From NCBI GenBank assembly GCA_002633005.1, contig NMRA01000010.1, positions 923,252 to 987,251 of the forward strand: a DNA stretch of 64,000 nucleotides, written 5' to 3'. The position numbers and the translations under genes are program-made. Below the pieces are notes generated by a model. That model saw nothing but the letters and a program-made list of their open reading frames with translations. It made no database searches and was not told where the DNA came from. Source of the stretch: Phoronis australis. Taxonomy: Eukaryota > Animalia > Phoronida. Shown here piece after piece: positions 37,301 through 45,000 of the stretch (position 1 is the stretch's first letter; each line of letters starts with the position of its first letter).

Positions 37301-39209
37301 ATTCTACCAGTGGGCTCAGCGTTTTTCCTTGAGTGGGTGATTTATTTAACATTGATTAAAATACCTGATAAGAGGGACAAAAAGTTCCGCCCCCGAGAGA
37401 CAAAAAGTCCGAGAAAGTGGGACAAATGTCCACTAAATATGCTCAAACGCGCAATTCACAGAGGTGCTTCCGTGTTTTTTTAGTCCGCCCGCTGTTTTGT
37501 TGGCAAATGGTGCACAACATCGGGAATTCGAGATCCCCATATCGAAGGATGGGTGCGCGCATGTAGGTACGGGGCCGTGGTACATTAAAAGTCCCGGCAG
37601 AATAACACGATACTTAGGCATTCTGGGAAAACAAGTACCCAAAACAACGAAAACCTGAAGACTCCGAATTTTACTTACCTTTCGACGCTTCCATCGACGC
37701 TGTCTCCGAGACCACAGGCACAGGGCAGGTTATACCACGAAGACACCGACGCCACATGGGCATAAAGCCAAAATATTTACTTAAGATTTACTTAAGACAA
37801 TCCAGTCATTTTGGTGAACCCACGGTAATGTACTATATCCACTTTGTAGTATTGTACGCAAACCTCTCGTCACAACACTGTCTCAGTGAGAACCTAAGTC
37901 AGTTCCACAATTTCACGCTTTGAGGATATTTTCAGTTGATTTTCAAGTAAATGTATGCGCACTGCAGTTAGCGCTCATTCGTGATTCATTTTGTTGCAGC
38001 CTAACACGTGCATTATTGACGGCAAGTGTTACATCCCACTTGACACAAGCCCTGATGACGCGTGTAAACAGTGCATCCCGTCAGTCAGTGACAGTGATTG
38101 GCAAAAGAAGATAACTGGCACATGCGCACCTAAGACGTCGACTCCAGATGCCCTGGGTACAGTTGACATCGTCGTTATCAGCGTGGCAGGGGCAATTTTT
38201 GCACTTTTGCTCATTGCTGGACTGATCTGGTTTTGCAAATTTAGGTGAGACAAGTGACACTGGCTGCATATGGTTCACTTCGGCGGTTCCGCTGCATCAG
38301 CCGTCTAAGACTGGTTCTAGATGACGACTTCTGGCTAACAGACCAATCCAATGATATAATAGCCGATTGACAGACGAAAGCGACGAAGTGAATCAATAGC
38401 AACCATTAACTACATACTTCATGTAAATGCTTAAACCTGTAATGCTCATTGGATACACCTGCAGAAGTGCTTGAGAGGTGACTCCACCGTGTTCACTATC
38501 CTATCATTCGCTATTGCTTCTTGCCCCGAGTTTAGCAAGAACTCTCAAATCTTTGTGGTGTAACACGACGCATTACAAGCAAAGTACGTGATCTCACTAA
38601 ACCTGACCTTTTAGGGTTACCGAACTCAATGACTATATGTTACCTGTTTAGACGTATCTGCGATAAACTAAATTGACTTCTTGAAATGGAGTTAGTCGAC
38701 CTCTGCAACTCTCGTATCTGCACCTTCCGTCGGTGCACATTTGTTGTGAATGTGATTGCTGTCAGTACTCGTATAAGGCCACTTCACTCTACGACCTGCT
38801 GTTCTTTTCTTCTTTTTATAACTTCAGTTAAACATTTCATATTAGCGGGAACCCTCTCGGAGATAGCCTTTGATCGTGACATCAACTAACGTTCTTTGTT
38901 TTTTTTTCGATTTGCCTCTCCTTGTATCTGTTGTTGTCATATTTTCGTGAAATTATGCATCTTGTCGTTTTAAGGTTCTCTTTAGGGGACACCTATCATC
39001 TGGCTTCAGGGTGACACCGAGGTCTCTCACTTCGTGATTTTTGAGCCTCATTTTCGTTTTGTAGGAACAACGTCAACAAGCATTCCGTGGAGCTCCACAG
39101 AGATCCAAAAACGCCCGTATACAGTCAGCCGTTGACAGATAACGCAATCGACAACCAAGCTTACGATTCCCTGTACGACAACGCCAAGCCGTCAACTGCA
39201 CAGTTGTAA
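7252..39209 (+). CDS. Whole gene span: ~2213-aa type I membrane protein, VWDE-like (VWD+EGF) with N-terminal F5/8C, EGF, LamG and mucin-like modules; 30 coding exons
   Basis: All 30 exons are bounded by AG/GT with matching phases; lengths sum to 6642 nt (2214 codons including stop); coherent domain order from signal peptide to TM and tail. Confidence 0.85.
7750..7907. mobile_element. PIF/Harbinger-like MITE
   Basis: Ends GGCCCGGGATCTAGTC / reverse complement GGACCTGGGTCTAATC, inner AACTCGACTC inverted pair, CAG duplicated on both flanks (7747-7749, 7908-7910). Confidence 0.6.
7963..8085 (+). CDS. Gene 2 exon 2: F5/8 type C (discoidin) domain 1, N-part
   Basis: ttttag acceptor; EKCGIDPLGMASSAIKSSQINVSS...FARL; phase 1-1. 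Confidence 0.9.
8780..9004. mobile_element. Inverted-repeat MITE (Harbinger-like)
   Basis: TATTTTGTGCTCGAGTT ... AACTCGAGCACAGAATA inverted arms plus inner TCTAGTCC/GGACTAGA pair. Confidence 0.55.
10904..10977 (+). mobile_element. Degenerate tRNA-derived SINE head
   Basis: A-box-like TGTGACCTACTGG and B-box-like GGTTAGAGTCCC at tRNA-like spacing; no intact cloverleaf. Confidence 0.4.
12428..12489. repeat. Perfect 31-bp tandem duplication
   Basis: ATTAACCTAATGTTTCTTTGATCAGCTTGAT x2. Confidence 0.9.
13866..14065 (+). CDS. Gene 2 exon 3: F5/8C domain 1, middle
   Basis: GGWCADKNSTGPHYIDVTFG...ISRITITQ; phase 1-0, gtaagt donor. Confidence 0.9.
14263..14392 (+). CDS. Gene 2 exon 4: F5/8C domain 1, C-part
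   Basis: IVRIEIVKFTGTPCLQLELYGC hallmark; phase 0-1. Confidence 0.9.
14642..14746 (+). CDS. Gene 2 exon 5: EGF-like domain
   Basis: LCSGQPCQNGGICHAENKCTCSSKFTGNSCE; phase 1-1. Confidence 0.92.
   Translation, partial: FYAADSLAKTEGYATQKTSALALQNLPETVARGK
15070..15186 (+). CDS. Gene 2 exon 6: F5/8C domain 2, N-part
   Basis: FCSTPIGMESGAVKTSQFSASS...YARY; phase 1-1. Confidence 0.9.
15244..15380 (+). mobile_element. Short inverted-repeat element, family A (copy 1)
   Basis: GTTCAGTAACGCTAG ... CTAGCGTTACTGAAC arms; homologous copies at ~50445, ~54455 (inverted), ~55119, ~62374 and a partial copy at ~40965. Confidence 0.8.
15865..16070 (+). CDS. Gene 2 exon 7: F5/8C domain 2, middle
   Basis: GWCPQQNRAGEWFQVDFNDTFVLNGISM...YLKTYIISY; phase 1-0. 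Confidence 0.9.
16381..16522 (+). CDS. Gene 2 exon 8: F5/8C domain 2, C-part
   Basis: FKPVVAVRSVRITVKDFERRPCFQFEILGC; phase 0-1. Confidence 0.9.
17828..17938 (+). CDS. Gene 2 exon 9: EGF-like domain
   Basis: LCPTGYCFNGGVCAGTNTCKCESAFVGSRCQ; phase 1-1. Confidence 0.9.
18291..18914 (+). CDS. Gene 2 exon 10: LamG/concanavalin A-like domain 1
   Basis: AISLNG..ALNLG...CLGDYTKCANGLTITMSVK...KWYKIDFSWSVQKGLHLYVN; phase 1-1. Confidence 0.88.
20032..20496 (+). CDS. Gene 2 exon 11: Ser/Thr-rich mucin-like spacer
   Basis: Open Thr/Ser/Pro-rich frame between tcttag and g|gtcagt; phase 1-1. Confidence 0.8.
20936..21643 (+). CDS. Gene 2 exon 12: Thr-rich linker plus LamG domain 2
   Basis: CIGNFAKCDNGITITFSVRF...WYNIELSWRQEIGLEIYID; phase 1-1. 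Confidence 0.88.
22151..22825 (+). CDS. Gene 2 exon 13: LamG domain 3
   Basis: GPVGKAIRL..NQYVDIG..CLGNLTKCESGITIEV..KWYTYYVTWSQDSGLYMWVD; phase 1-1. Confidence 0.88.
23839..24012 (+). CDS. Gene 2 exon 14: PTTTP mucin-like repeats plus CPAGC
   Basis: PTTTPRPTTTPTTTPRSTTT repeats; phase 1-1. Confidence 0.82.
24366..24604 (+). CDS. Gene 2 exon 15: Ig-like domain, N-part
   Basis: FVLTCSMP...LTVRWYIG (Cys...Trp pattern); phase 1-0. Confidence 0.8.
24845..24940 (+). CDS. Gene 2 exon 16: Ig-like domain, C-part
   Basis: cttccag acceptor; FQCEMFAEYSKSGCGSNPSRPRKSNVFNIKVE; phase 0-0. Confidence 0.72.
25654..26040 (+). CDS. Gene 2 exon 17: VWDE-like pre-VWD beta domain
   Basis: LVVIEGEKPEFITIRINVP...PCGIEV..DNYNKDLRIPIKAILDGKFHGD; phase 0-0. 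Confidence 0.85.
26539..26618 (+). CDS. Gene 2 exon 18: start of VWD domain
   Basis: SVCKSINDPHITTFDGR; phase 0-2. Confidence 0.92.
27413..28011. mobile_element. Possible solo LTR in intron 18
   Basis: Compositionally distinct ~600 bp starting TGTTAC and ending GTAACC, with an internal AATAAA near 27944; no clean TSD. Confidence 0.25.
28264..28327 (+). CDS. Gene 2 exon 19: VWD
   Basis: RYDNFYEGEFVLYRHRTLPYA; phase 2-0. Confidence 0.9.
28625..28852 (+). CDS. Gene 2 exon 20: VWD with basic insert
   Basis: IHAFYAKCGRASCNCGVAVMSGDDVILFDRC (VWDE-type CNCGVAV); phase 0-0. Confidence 0.9.
30400..30502 (+). CDS. Gene 2 exon 21: VWD
   Basis: VVLPTGGSLQV...WINLYFTPALSDFGQVE; phase 0-1. Confidence 0.88.
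30535..30810. repeat. CT-rich low-complexity tract (degenerate TTC/TAC microsatellite)
   Basis: Runs of ttc/ctt/tac; the overlapping ORF calls are low-complexity artefacts. Confidence 0.8.
31124..31238 (+). CDS. Gene 2 exon 22: VWD C-terminus
   Basis: GLCGNYNGNAGDD...FSKTWR hallmark; phase 1-2. Confidence 0.92.
31681..31820 (+). CDS. Gene 2 exon 23: post-VWD Cys-rich segment
   Basis: ESIYSG...IYCKCMDNRAVCGYNLDIETC; phase 2-1. Confidence 0.85.
33367..33527 (-). mobile_element. hAT-like MITE, family B (copy 1)
   Basis: Reverse-complement homolog of 56288-56447; ends TAGTGTCGGATTTAG / CCTGGATCTGCCCCTA; flanks GAAAA/GAAAC. Confidence 0.7.
33683..33870 (+). CDS. Gene 2 exon 24: polybasic linker with putative proprotein-convertase site, then acidic stretch
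   Basis: SKSKKSKKSKR|AVGDEEVDDTVPVFEYNEDF; phase 1-0. Confidence 0.82.
34622..34774 (+). CDS. Gene 2 exon 25: helical Cys (C8-like) region
   Basis: ATWPSDWIMTEAEANAHC...C...CVKDIK; phase 0-0. Confidence 0.88.
34882..35065 (+). CDS. Gene 2 exon 26: helical region plus start of EGF
   Basis: LNAVKETC...LCLDDCNNNGDCIN; phase 0-1. Confidence 0.88.
36131..36312 (+). CDS. Gene 2 exon 27: EGF end plus IPT-like beta region
   Basis: TCQCREPWTGGTCS...GLCD...VLGDDF...LSCH; phase 1-0; donor copied by a tandem repeat. Confidence 0.88.
36307..36462. repeat. Perfect 39-bp x4 tandem repeat spanning the exon 27 splice donor
   Basis: ACAGAG|GTATGTATTGTACCGATATTACCATTGATATTT units start at 36307, 36346, 36385, 36424. 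Confidence 0.95.
36580..36668. repeat. Imperfect ~89-bp palindrome (MITE-like)
   Basis: CAAACATTTT.AGTCTGGT.TGC ... GCAAACCAGACATAAAATGTTTG arms. Confidence 0.6.
37000..37242 (+). CDS. Gene 2 exon 28: beta-sandwich plus Cys-rich region
   Basis: AEFVGFSQVNCPVP...YSVGVSNDG...LTYNSECFECN...C; phase 0-0. Confidence 0.88.
38000..38244 (+). CDS. Gene 2 exon 29: small Cys domain plus transmembrane helix
   Basis: TCIIDGKCY...CKQCIP..W; IVVISVAGAIFALLLIAGLIWFC followed by KFR; phase 0-2. Confidence 0.9.
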
Positions 39210-40219
39210 TCGAACTTTTTTTGTACATTGCCATCTTACCTTGTATGAATGCATTTTAATAGTAAAGGAACGGAACACCTAAAAGTTATTACCAGTTCCT
39301 GAATAATGTTTTCAGCAAAATGAAAATTTTCAGTTCTTTATACTGAATATTGATATTTTTATAGAACTGCATGTTGTCTAAGTTTTAAGTTCATCATTGA
39401 TTTCCATATTTGTGTACACATCAATGGTTAATTTGAATAAGGTCATCATTTCAATTAACCGTTGATGCTTTTGGTCTGCATTCTTGACGTGGNCAGTACT
39501 CGTATAAGGCCACTTCACTCTACGACCTGCTGTTCTTTTCTTCTTTTTATAACTTCAGTTAAACATTTCATATTAGCGGGAACCCTCTCGGAGATAGCCT
39601 TTGATCGTGACATCAACTAACGTTCTTTGTTTTTTTTTCGATTTGCCTCTCCTTGTATCTGTTGTTGTCATATTTTCGTGAAATTATGCATCTTGTCGTT
39701 TTAAGGTTCTCTTTAGAGGACACCTATCATCTGGCTTCAGGGTGACACCGAGGTCTCTCACTTCGTGATTTTTGAGCCTCATTTTCGTTTTGTAGGAACA
39801 ACGTCAACAAGCATTCCGTGGAGCTCCACAGAGATCCAAAAACGCCCGTATACAGCCAGCCGTTGACAGATAACGCAATCGACAACCAAGCTTACGATTC
39901 CCTGTACGACAACGCCAAGCCGTCAACTGCACAGTTGTAATCGAACTTTTTTGTACATTGCCATCTTACCTTGTATGAATGCATTTTAATAGTAAAGGAA
40001 CGGAACACCTAAAAGTTATTACCAGTTCCTGAATAATGTTTTCAGCAAAATGAAATTTTCCAGTTCTTTATACTGAATATTGATATTTTTATAGAACTGC
40101 ATGTTGTCTAAGTTTGTTCATCATTGATTTCCATGTTTGTGTACACATCAATGGTTAATTTGAATAAGGTCATCATTTCAATTAACCGTTGATGCTTTTG
40201 GTCTGCATTCTTGACGTGG
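38763..40219. repeat. ~730-bp near-identical direct duplication across an N (38763-39492 / 39494-40219); probable haplotype-overlap artefact
   Basis: Copies abut a single N at 39493 and differ by about 6 small substitutions or indels. Confidence 0.9.
39065..39209 (+). CDS. Gene 2 exon 30: cytoplasmic tail (second copy at 39796-39940)
   Basis: ttgtag acceptor, phase 2; NNVNKHSVELHRDPKTPVYSQPLTDNAIDNQAYDSLYDNAKPSTAQL*. Confidence 0.85.
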
Positions 40220-41480
40220 CTAAACGCAATGGTTTTTATGCTAGTGAAACATCTAGTTAGGAACTATTGTCAGTGTACTTCGGCCAGTTTATACTTTTCT
40301 ATTAATGTTGTGGTTCAGGATACATTGTGTGCTGTCTTGAGTGTTTGTGTTGTGCTTCATTAAGTAGACCGGGTTTAACCCATTAAGCAACTGTCCAATT
40401 GTCGACATTGACAACAGTAAAACGTATTAAGTCACCATAGATGTAGTAATTCCGATTTTCGAACATTTACTTATTCTGCAATGTCTACTAGGAATTGCTG
40501 CTCATTTTACAGCAATTGAAATAAATGCATTGCGCATCTAGCAGGTATAGGAACTAAACTCTATATCTTTCGTTTATTACTTTCCCAGAATACCATGACA
40601 TTACTTTGAGGGATTCCAGGTTCAGTTGCTAACTGGCTAGAGTTCAATAGCTGTCTCGCAGCGAGAAATATTCAGCCAAAATCAAGGCATGGAATGACTC
40701 ACAACAGGAGGAAAATTTTCCAGGTGATGTTTCCTTCTACAAATAAATAGGGTTATGTAACAGAGATATTATCTTGTGTTGTAAAAATTAACGGCAAGAA
40801 ACGTTTTTTTGCATGAATAAAGTCAGAATGACCATAAAAAGAGACGAGAAAAGAGGAAAGTGGAAATCAAACAATAGGAAATCGAAACCGAAAGAGAGGA
40901 AATCCTCTTAGAAGAAGATAATTCCAAATCCTGCAAAATTACGGGATGTCGTTGAAGATACATTTGTAATATCTTGCAAAGTCTTGCTTTTTAGCGAGGC
41001 TCTAGCGTTTTTGAACTCTACCCGGGCTTTCTGATATGTTGCATTGTTGACAATACGTTAGCAACAATTCACAGCTCACTTTCTCGAGGAAGCCATCCTA
41101 CAGAAATACTCGAGTTACTTGAGTGCATGTACATTGTATATGCCGGCCATTAAATTTATATTTTCAAATGAGATTCATTATCAAAAGTTCTACATCACGT
41201 ATATGAAAATCGACCATAACAGACGAAATATACATCGTCCATGTTTATCAAGTAACACCTATCATAGCTCCATTTGCATCACAAACAACGATGTGTGACA
41301 CGTTGTTATTTCCATATACAAATCATTTAGCCATGCAAATGCCATTTCCCTGTCACTCTAGCCATTCTGGTGATACGTCCCCTTGCACTCAGCCGTCATG
41401 ACAAGCAAGTACTGATTGGCATGTACTGTATCATATCATATATCATTTGACGCACATCGCAACCTATCTAAGTGTGAACA

Positions 41481-42058
41481 TTAGAGTTGGCTCACCATAT
41501 TGTCCGAGTTTTCTCGCGAGAGCTGATCGTGGCCATTTTGATCTTGTTGTACGTGGTTGGATAATGTAGCCATGGTGATATTGGTTGTCTGCATTTGCAT
41601 ATGTTGTAAATCATCCAAAATACTTGCTCTCCGTCCATTCCGCTTTCTATACCCGTTTGGTGGCTTTCTGCCGTCTGACGACCACACCTCCTTCGAATAA
41701 TCATTTTCAAACAACGGCGCAAGGATGGAGACATTGCTTATTTCCGAATTCCGTCTCTTTTCAACTGAGGGAAATGTTAAAGTCTGATTTGACGATTTAT
41801 TTTTTGGTGACGAGAGGTCACTGTGTAACGAATCGGGCGATGTAGGGCGAGATGTGTTTTCACCCCCGCTGTCACGTCGAACACCAGTTTGGTTTGCATT
41901 GATGAAATGTTCCGATAACTGTTTGCGGAATGATCCGGGAAGACGACCTCTGCCGTTCCTTTTGGTCAGCAGTAGATCCAGTGACTCAGTGAGACTCGCC
42001 ACTTCTTCTCGCAAAGCGCTGAGGTCATGAGACAGTGTGTTAATCAGCTCTTCTTCTT
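41481..42058 (-). CDS. TRPC-like terminal exon: coiled coil plus disordered tail ending MVSQL
   Basis: ttttcag acceptor, phase 1; [15 protein letters not shown]; TAA at 41481-41483. Confidence 0.85.
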
Positions 42059-45000
42059 CTGAAAACAAAATTGGAAACACCACTGTAAATGCTCTTTTTA
42101 TGTCTAATGGCGAGTACTTCCCGCGGTACATTTTGAAGTCTTCATTACAAATATATTGTGAACTTCTATACGGAGTCGAAATAGACAACTTTAACGTAAG
42201 ATGAAATAAGAATGAAGCCACCCCATTTCGATCTCACTATAACCACTGGAAACAGGAAGTGTCAAAAACATTCAACGCTAGCCATCGGGTGCACTTTATT
42301 CACTTCTCTTGTGCTACGGGGTCAACCGGTTAAGGCGACCCGATGTCTTAGCCTATTAACCTGGCCGACACGGCGGTATCAATCAAGTGAATCCATTGGC
42401 AGAACGCGAAGCCCCAAGGTACTGGTCATATTACATGAATATCTTATAATATCAAATTAATCCTGCAGCGACACTAAGGTAGAAATTTGATGTCTCAGCG
42501 GATAACAGGCGGAGCACCATCTAGTGGATGGGATCCATTTACTTCGTACACCAACGCTACCGTGTAGAATCTTGCAGACTCTCTGCTTGCCTGCGATGTT
42601 TTTAGACGAAAAGGCATGCTATTATTTTGTAACATTGGGCTTCAAAAACAATGCCAAACAATCATTTCTGTTTTTGTTTACCAACTTTTTTCTTCTGCTT
42701 CTCTTTCATGTAAATTGGCCCTTTTGCCTCAAAACGTCTCTGTTTTTACAGAACACACAAAGTGTTATCATTTCCACACGTTGTTGGGCAGTTCTACAAA
42801 TAGGTAAGCCGACGAGACGGTTTCGCCACCTGACAAAGGAGTTGCGTCAATTTACCTTAACATCTAACTAATCTTACATCAGATACGATAACTGCAAATC
42901 AAAACTCATGTTGATACGACGAATAGTTTCCTCTTCTGATTGCGTTTACGCTTCCAAGTCTGGAGGAAAGCGTACCAGTGCGCGTGCGTGAAACCAGACG
43001 TTACAAATACATACAAGTGCTACGACGTGTCGCTTGTCCTGCCAATGGATTAGGGGAAACCCACTCAACGAAGCAAATTTAGCATACACAATCATTCTAG
43101 TTACCCTGTTGCCGATTTTATCTGAATATCGCGTGAACTGGTTTTTCTATCCGTTATTAAAGTACAGCACAACGTTAATATGTCGCACCTACCGCGTTAA
43201 GATAATTAACAGCTTTTGATATCAAGGAATGATATTTCTTGAAAAATGCTTTAAGCATCGATTGTAGACCCATAAAATTACACATGCATAACATTCTTGA
43301 TGATTCATTCAACCTTAATGTGTACTCAACTTAAGCGTTCCAACAATGGATTTTCGCACTTTTTGAGGTTTTAGACCGGGTATAATAACTTTATAACACA
43401 AAACATAAACAAGTACTTATTTTGGAATGTAATTAAGGAATTTTGAATTTTGAAGAAAGATTACTGATTTTTTGGTTTCCTGCCACGTGATGTTATCAAC
43501 GTTTATTAGTTGACAGTTTAATTGAAATGGCGTATAGAAGTGGTTTGTAAGTTAGTAAATTTTAGAAAGCGAGCTTGACAAATATTACACTGTATGAAAA
43601 CAGGTATAGAGATGGGGGTGAAGACGACACTCAGATCGTAGGTGAAACAGGTAATGAGTTAGACATCGCCATATCAGAAAACTGCGTGTTAGTGACCGCG
43701 CGGAACTCGATCCCAGTCTTCGACGAATGAAGCCGAGTCGGAGCCTACGCAATACTCGTGCCGCGTAATATGTGTCTCAAACTGTTAATCCAACCCAATT
43801 TTTACTCTGTCTGTCAAAGTTCGGTCGCGCTTCTCCGAATGCCTAGTGCGCTTGTCAAGGACATTCATATCTAGTTATAGTGATGCTATTTGTATTTTAT
43901 TATGATACGCGTTTCTGTCTTGTCTGCTCCAAAATTTTGAAATCTTTGCACCATTCTCATTCGACAACTATTCCGGCAGTGTCCGACTAGCCTCTGCGCC
44001 GGCTGCGGTCATGACCTCAAACTATTTTGGTGCCATCTACTGAACATGTTCCATTTTCCACTACTGGTCATTGGCGTATTTGTGGATAGCATGCGTTCCT
44101 TCAAAATCTCGAACAAGAATAGGCTGATTAATACTTTCTGCAGTCACAATTTGATGCTGAGGGTCATACTCAACATGTGCCTGACAACTACGTACCGTCA
44201 ATGGTACAGCACAATACACTTTTTCTCCATCAAAATTCACTTACAGGTTGGAGAAACCTGTATCAAATCTCCGTTTCTGCGACGGATTCGGTTCTTCAAA
44301 ACTGGCTGAGCACAGCGTGGCCCCTGAACTTATAGTTTAATGCTCCACCGTCTACTACCATACCTATGTCTGATGCACGAACCTGTGTCATTTCTGGGCA
44401 ATCTTAGGGCCTTTTAGAAACGCCAAAACTGAAACATTGTCTGTCCGACATGCAACTTTTCATAATACTCAGTCGAACTCAGTTTTCGAGACCACTACGG
44501 CTCGCGGCTGGGGACTGGATCCACTGATGATGTAACACAAAGAAATTGTTTTTTTTTTAAATTTTGTGTTTACTTCTTAATTAAAAGTACAGAAATTGAG
44601 GAAGAAATACTTAAAGCACCATACCAAAGTTGTAGAAAACCAAATTCATACATTTATGTGAAGGCTTCAAGTCCCAGATGCTCACAATCATGTGAGTTTT
44701 TTAAAACATTTTGAGTTATCATGCAGATCACCACGATAATTTTTACAAGCTAATCAAGAATAAAATTGGTGACAGAATCATGTCACTATTACATCGTAGA
44801 TCTACATGGTGTGTTCAAATGTTTTGCTTACCGTGATCAAATCGACCAGATTCATTGTCCATCTTTTTCTGTCTTTTATCTATTTTGTACAATTTTTGAA
44901 AGACATATCTCTTCACCAACCGTTTAATTGTTCGCTGGAAAATCAGAAACAATGCCATTACTGACTCTGTGTTCATGAATGCCTGAGTTATACCAAACTG

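Noticed and set aside
39196-41495. Both convergent proteins end in -QL (TAQL, VSQL), suggesting a shared PDZ scaffold
   Set aside because: Only VSQL fits class I (S/T at -2); a two-residue match is easily coincidental and there is no evidence of functional coupling
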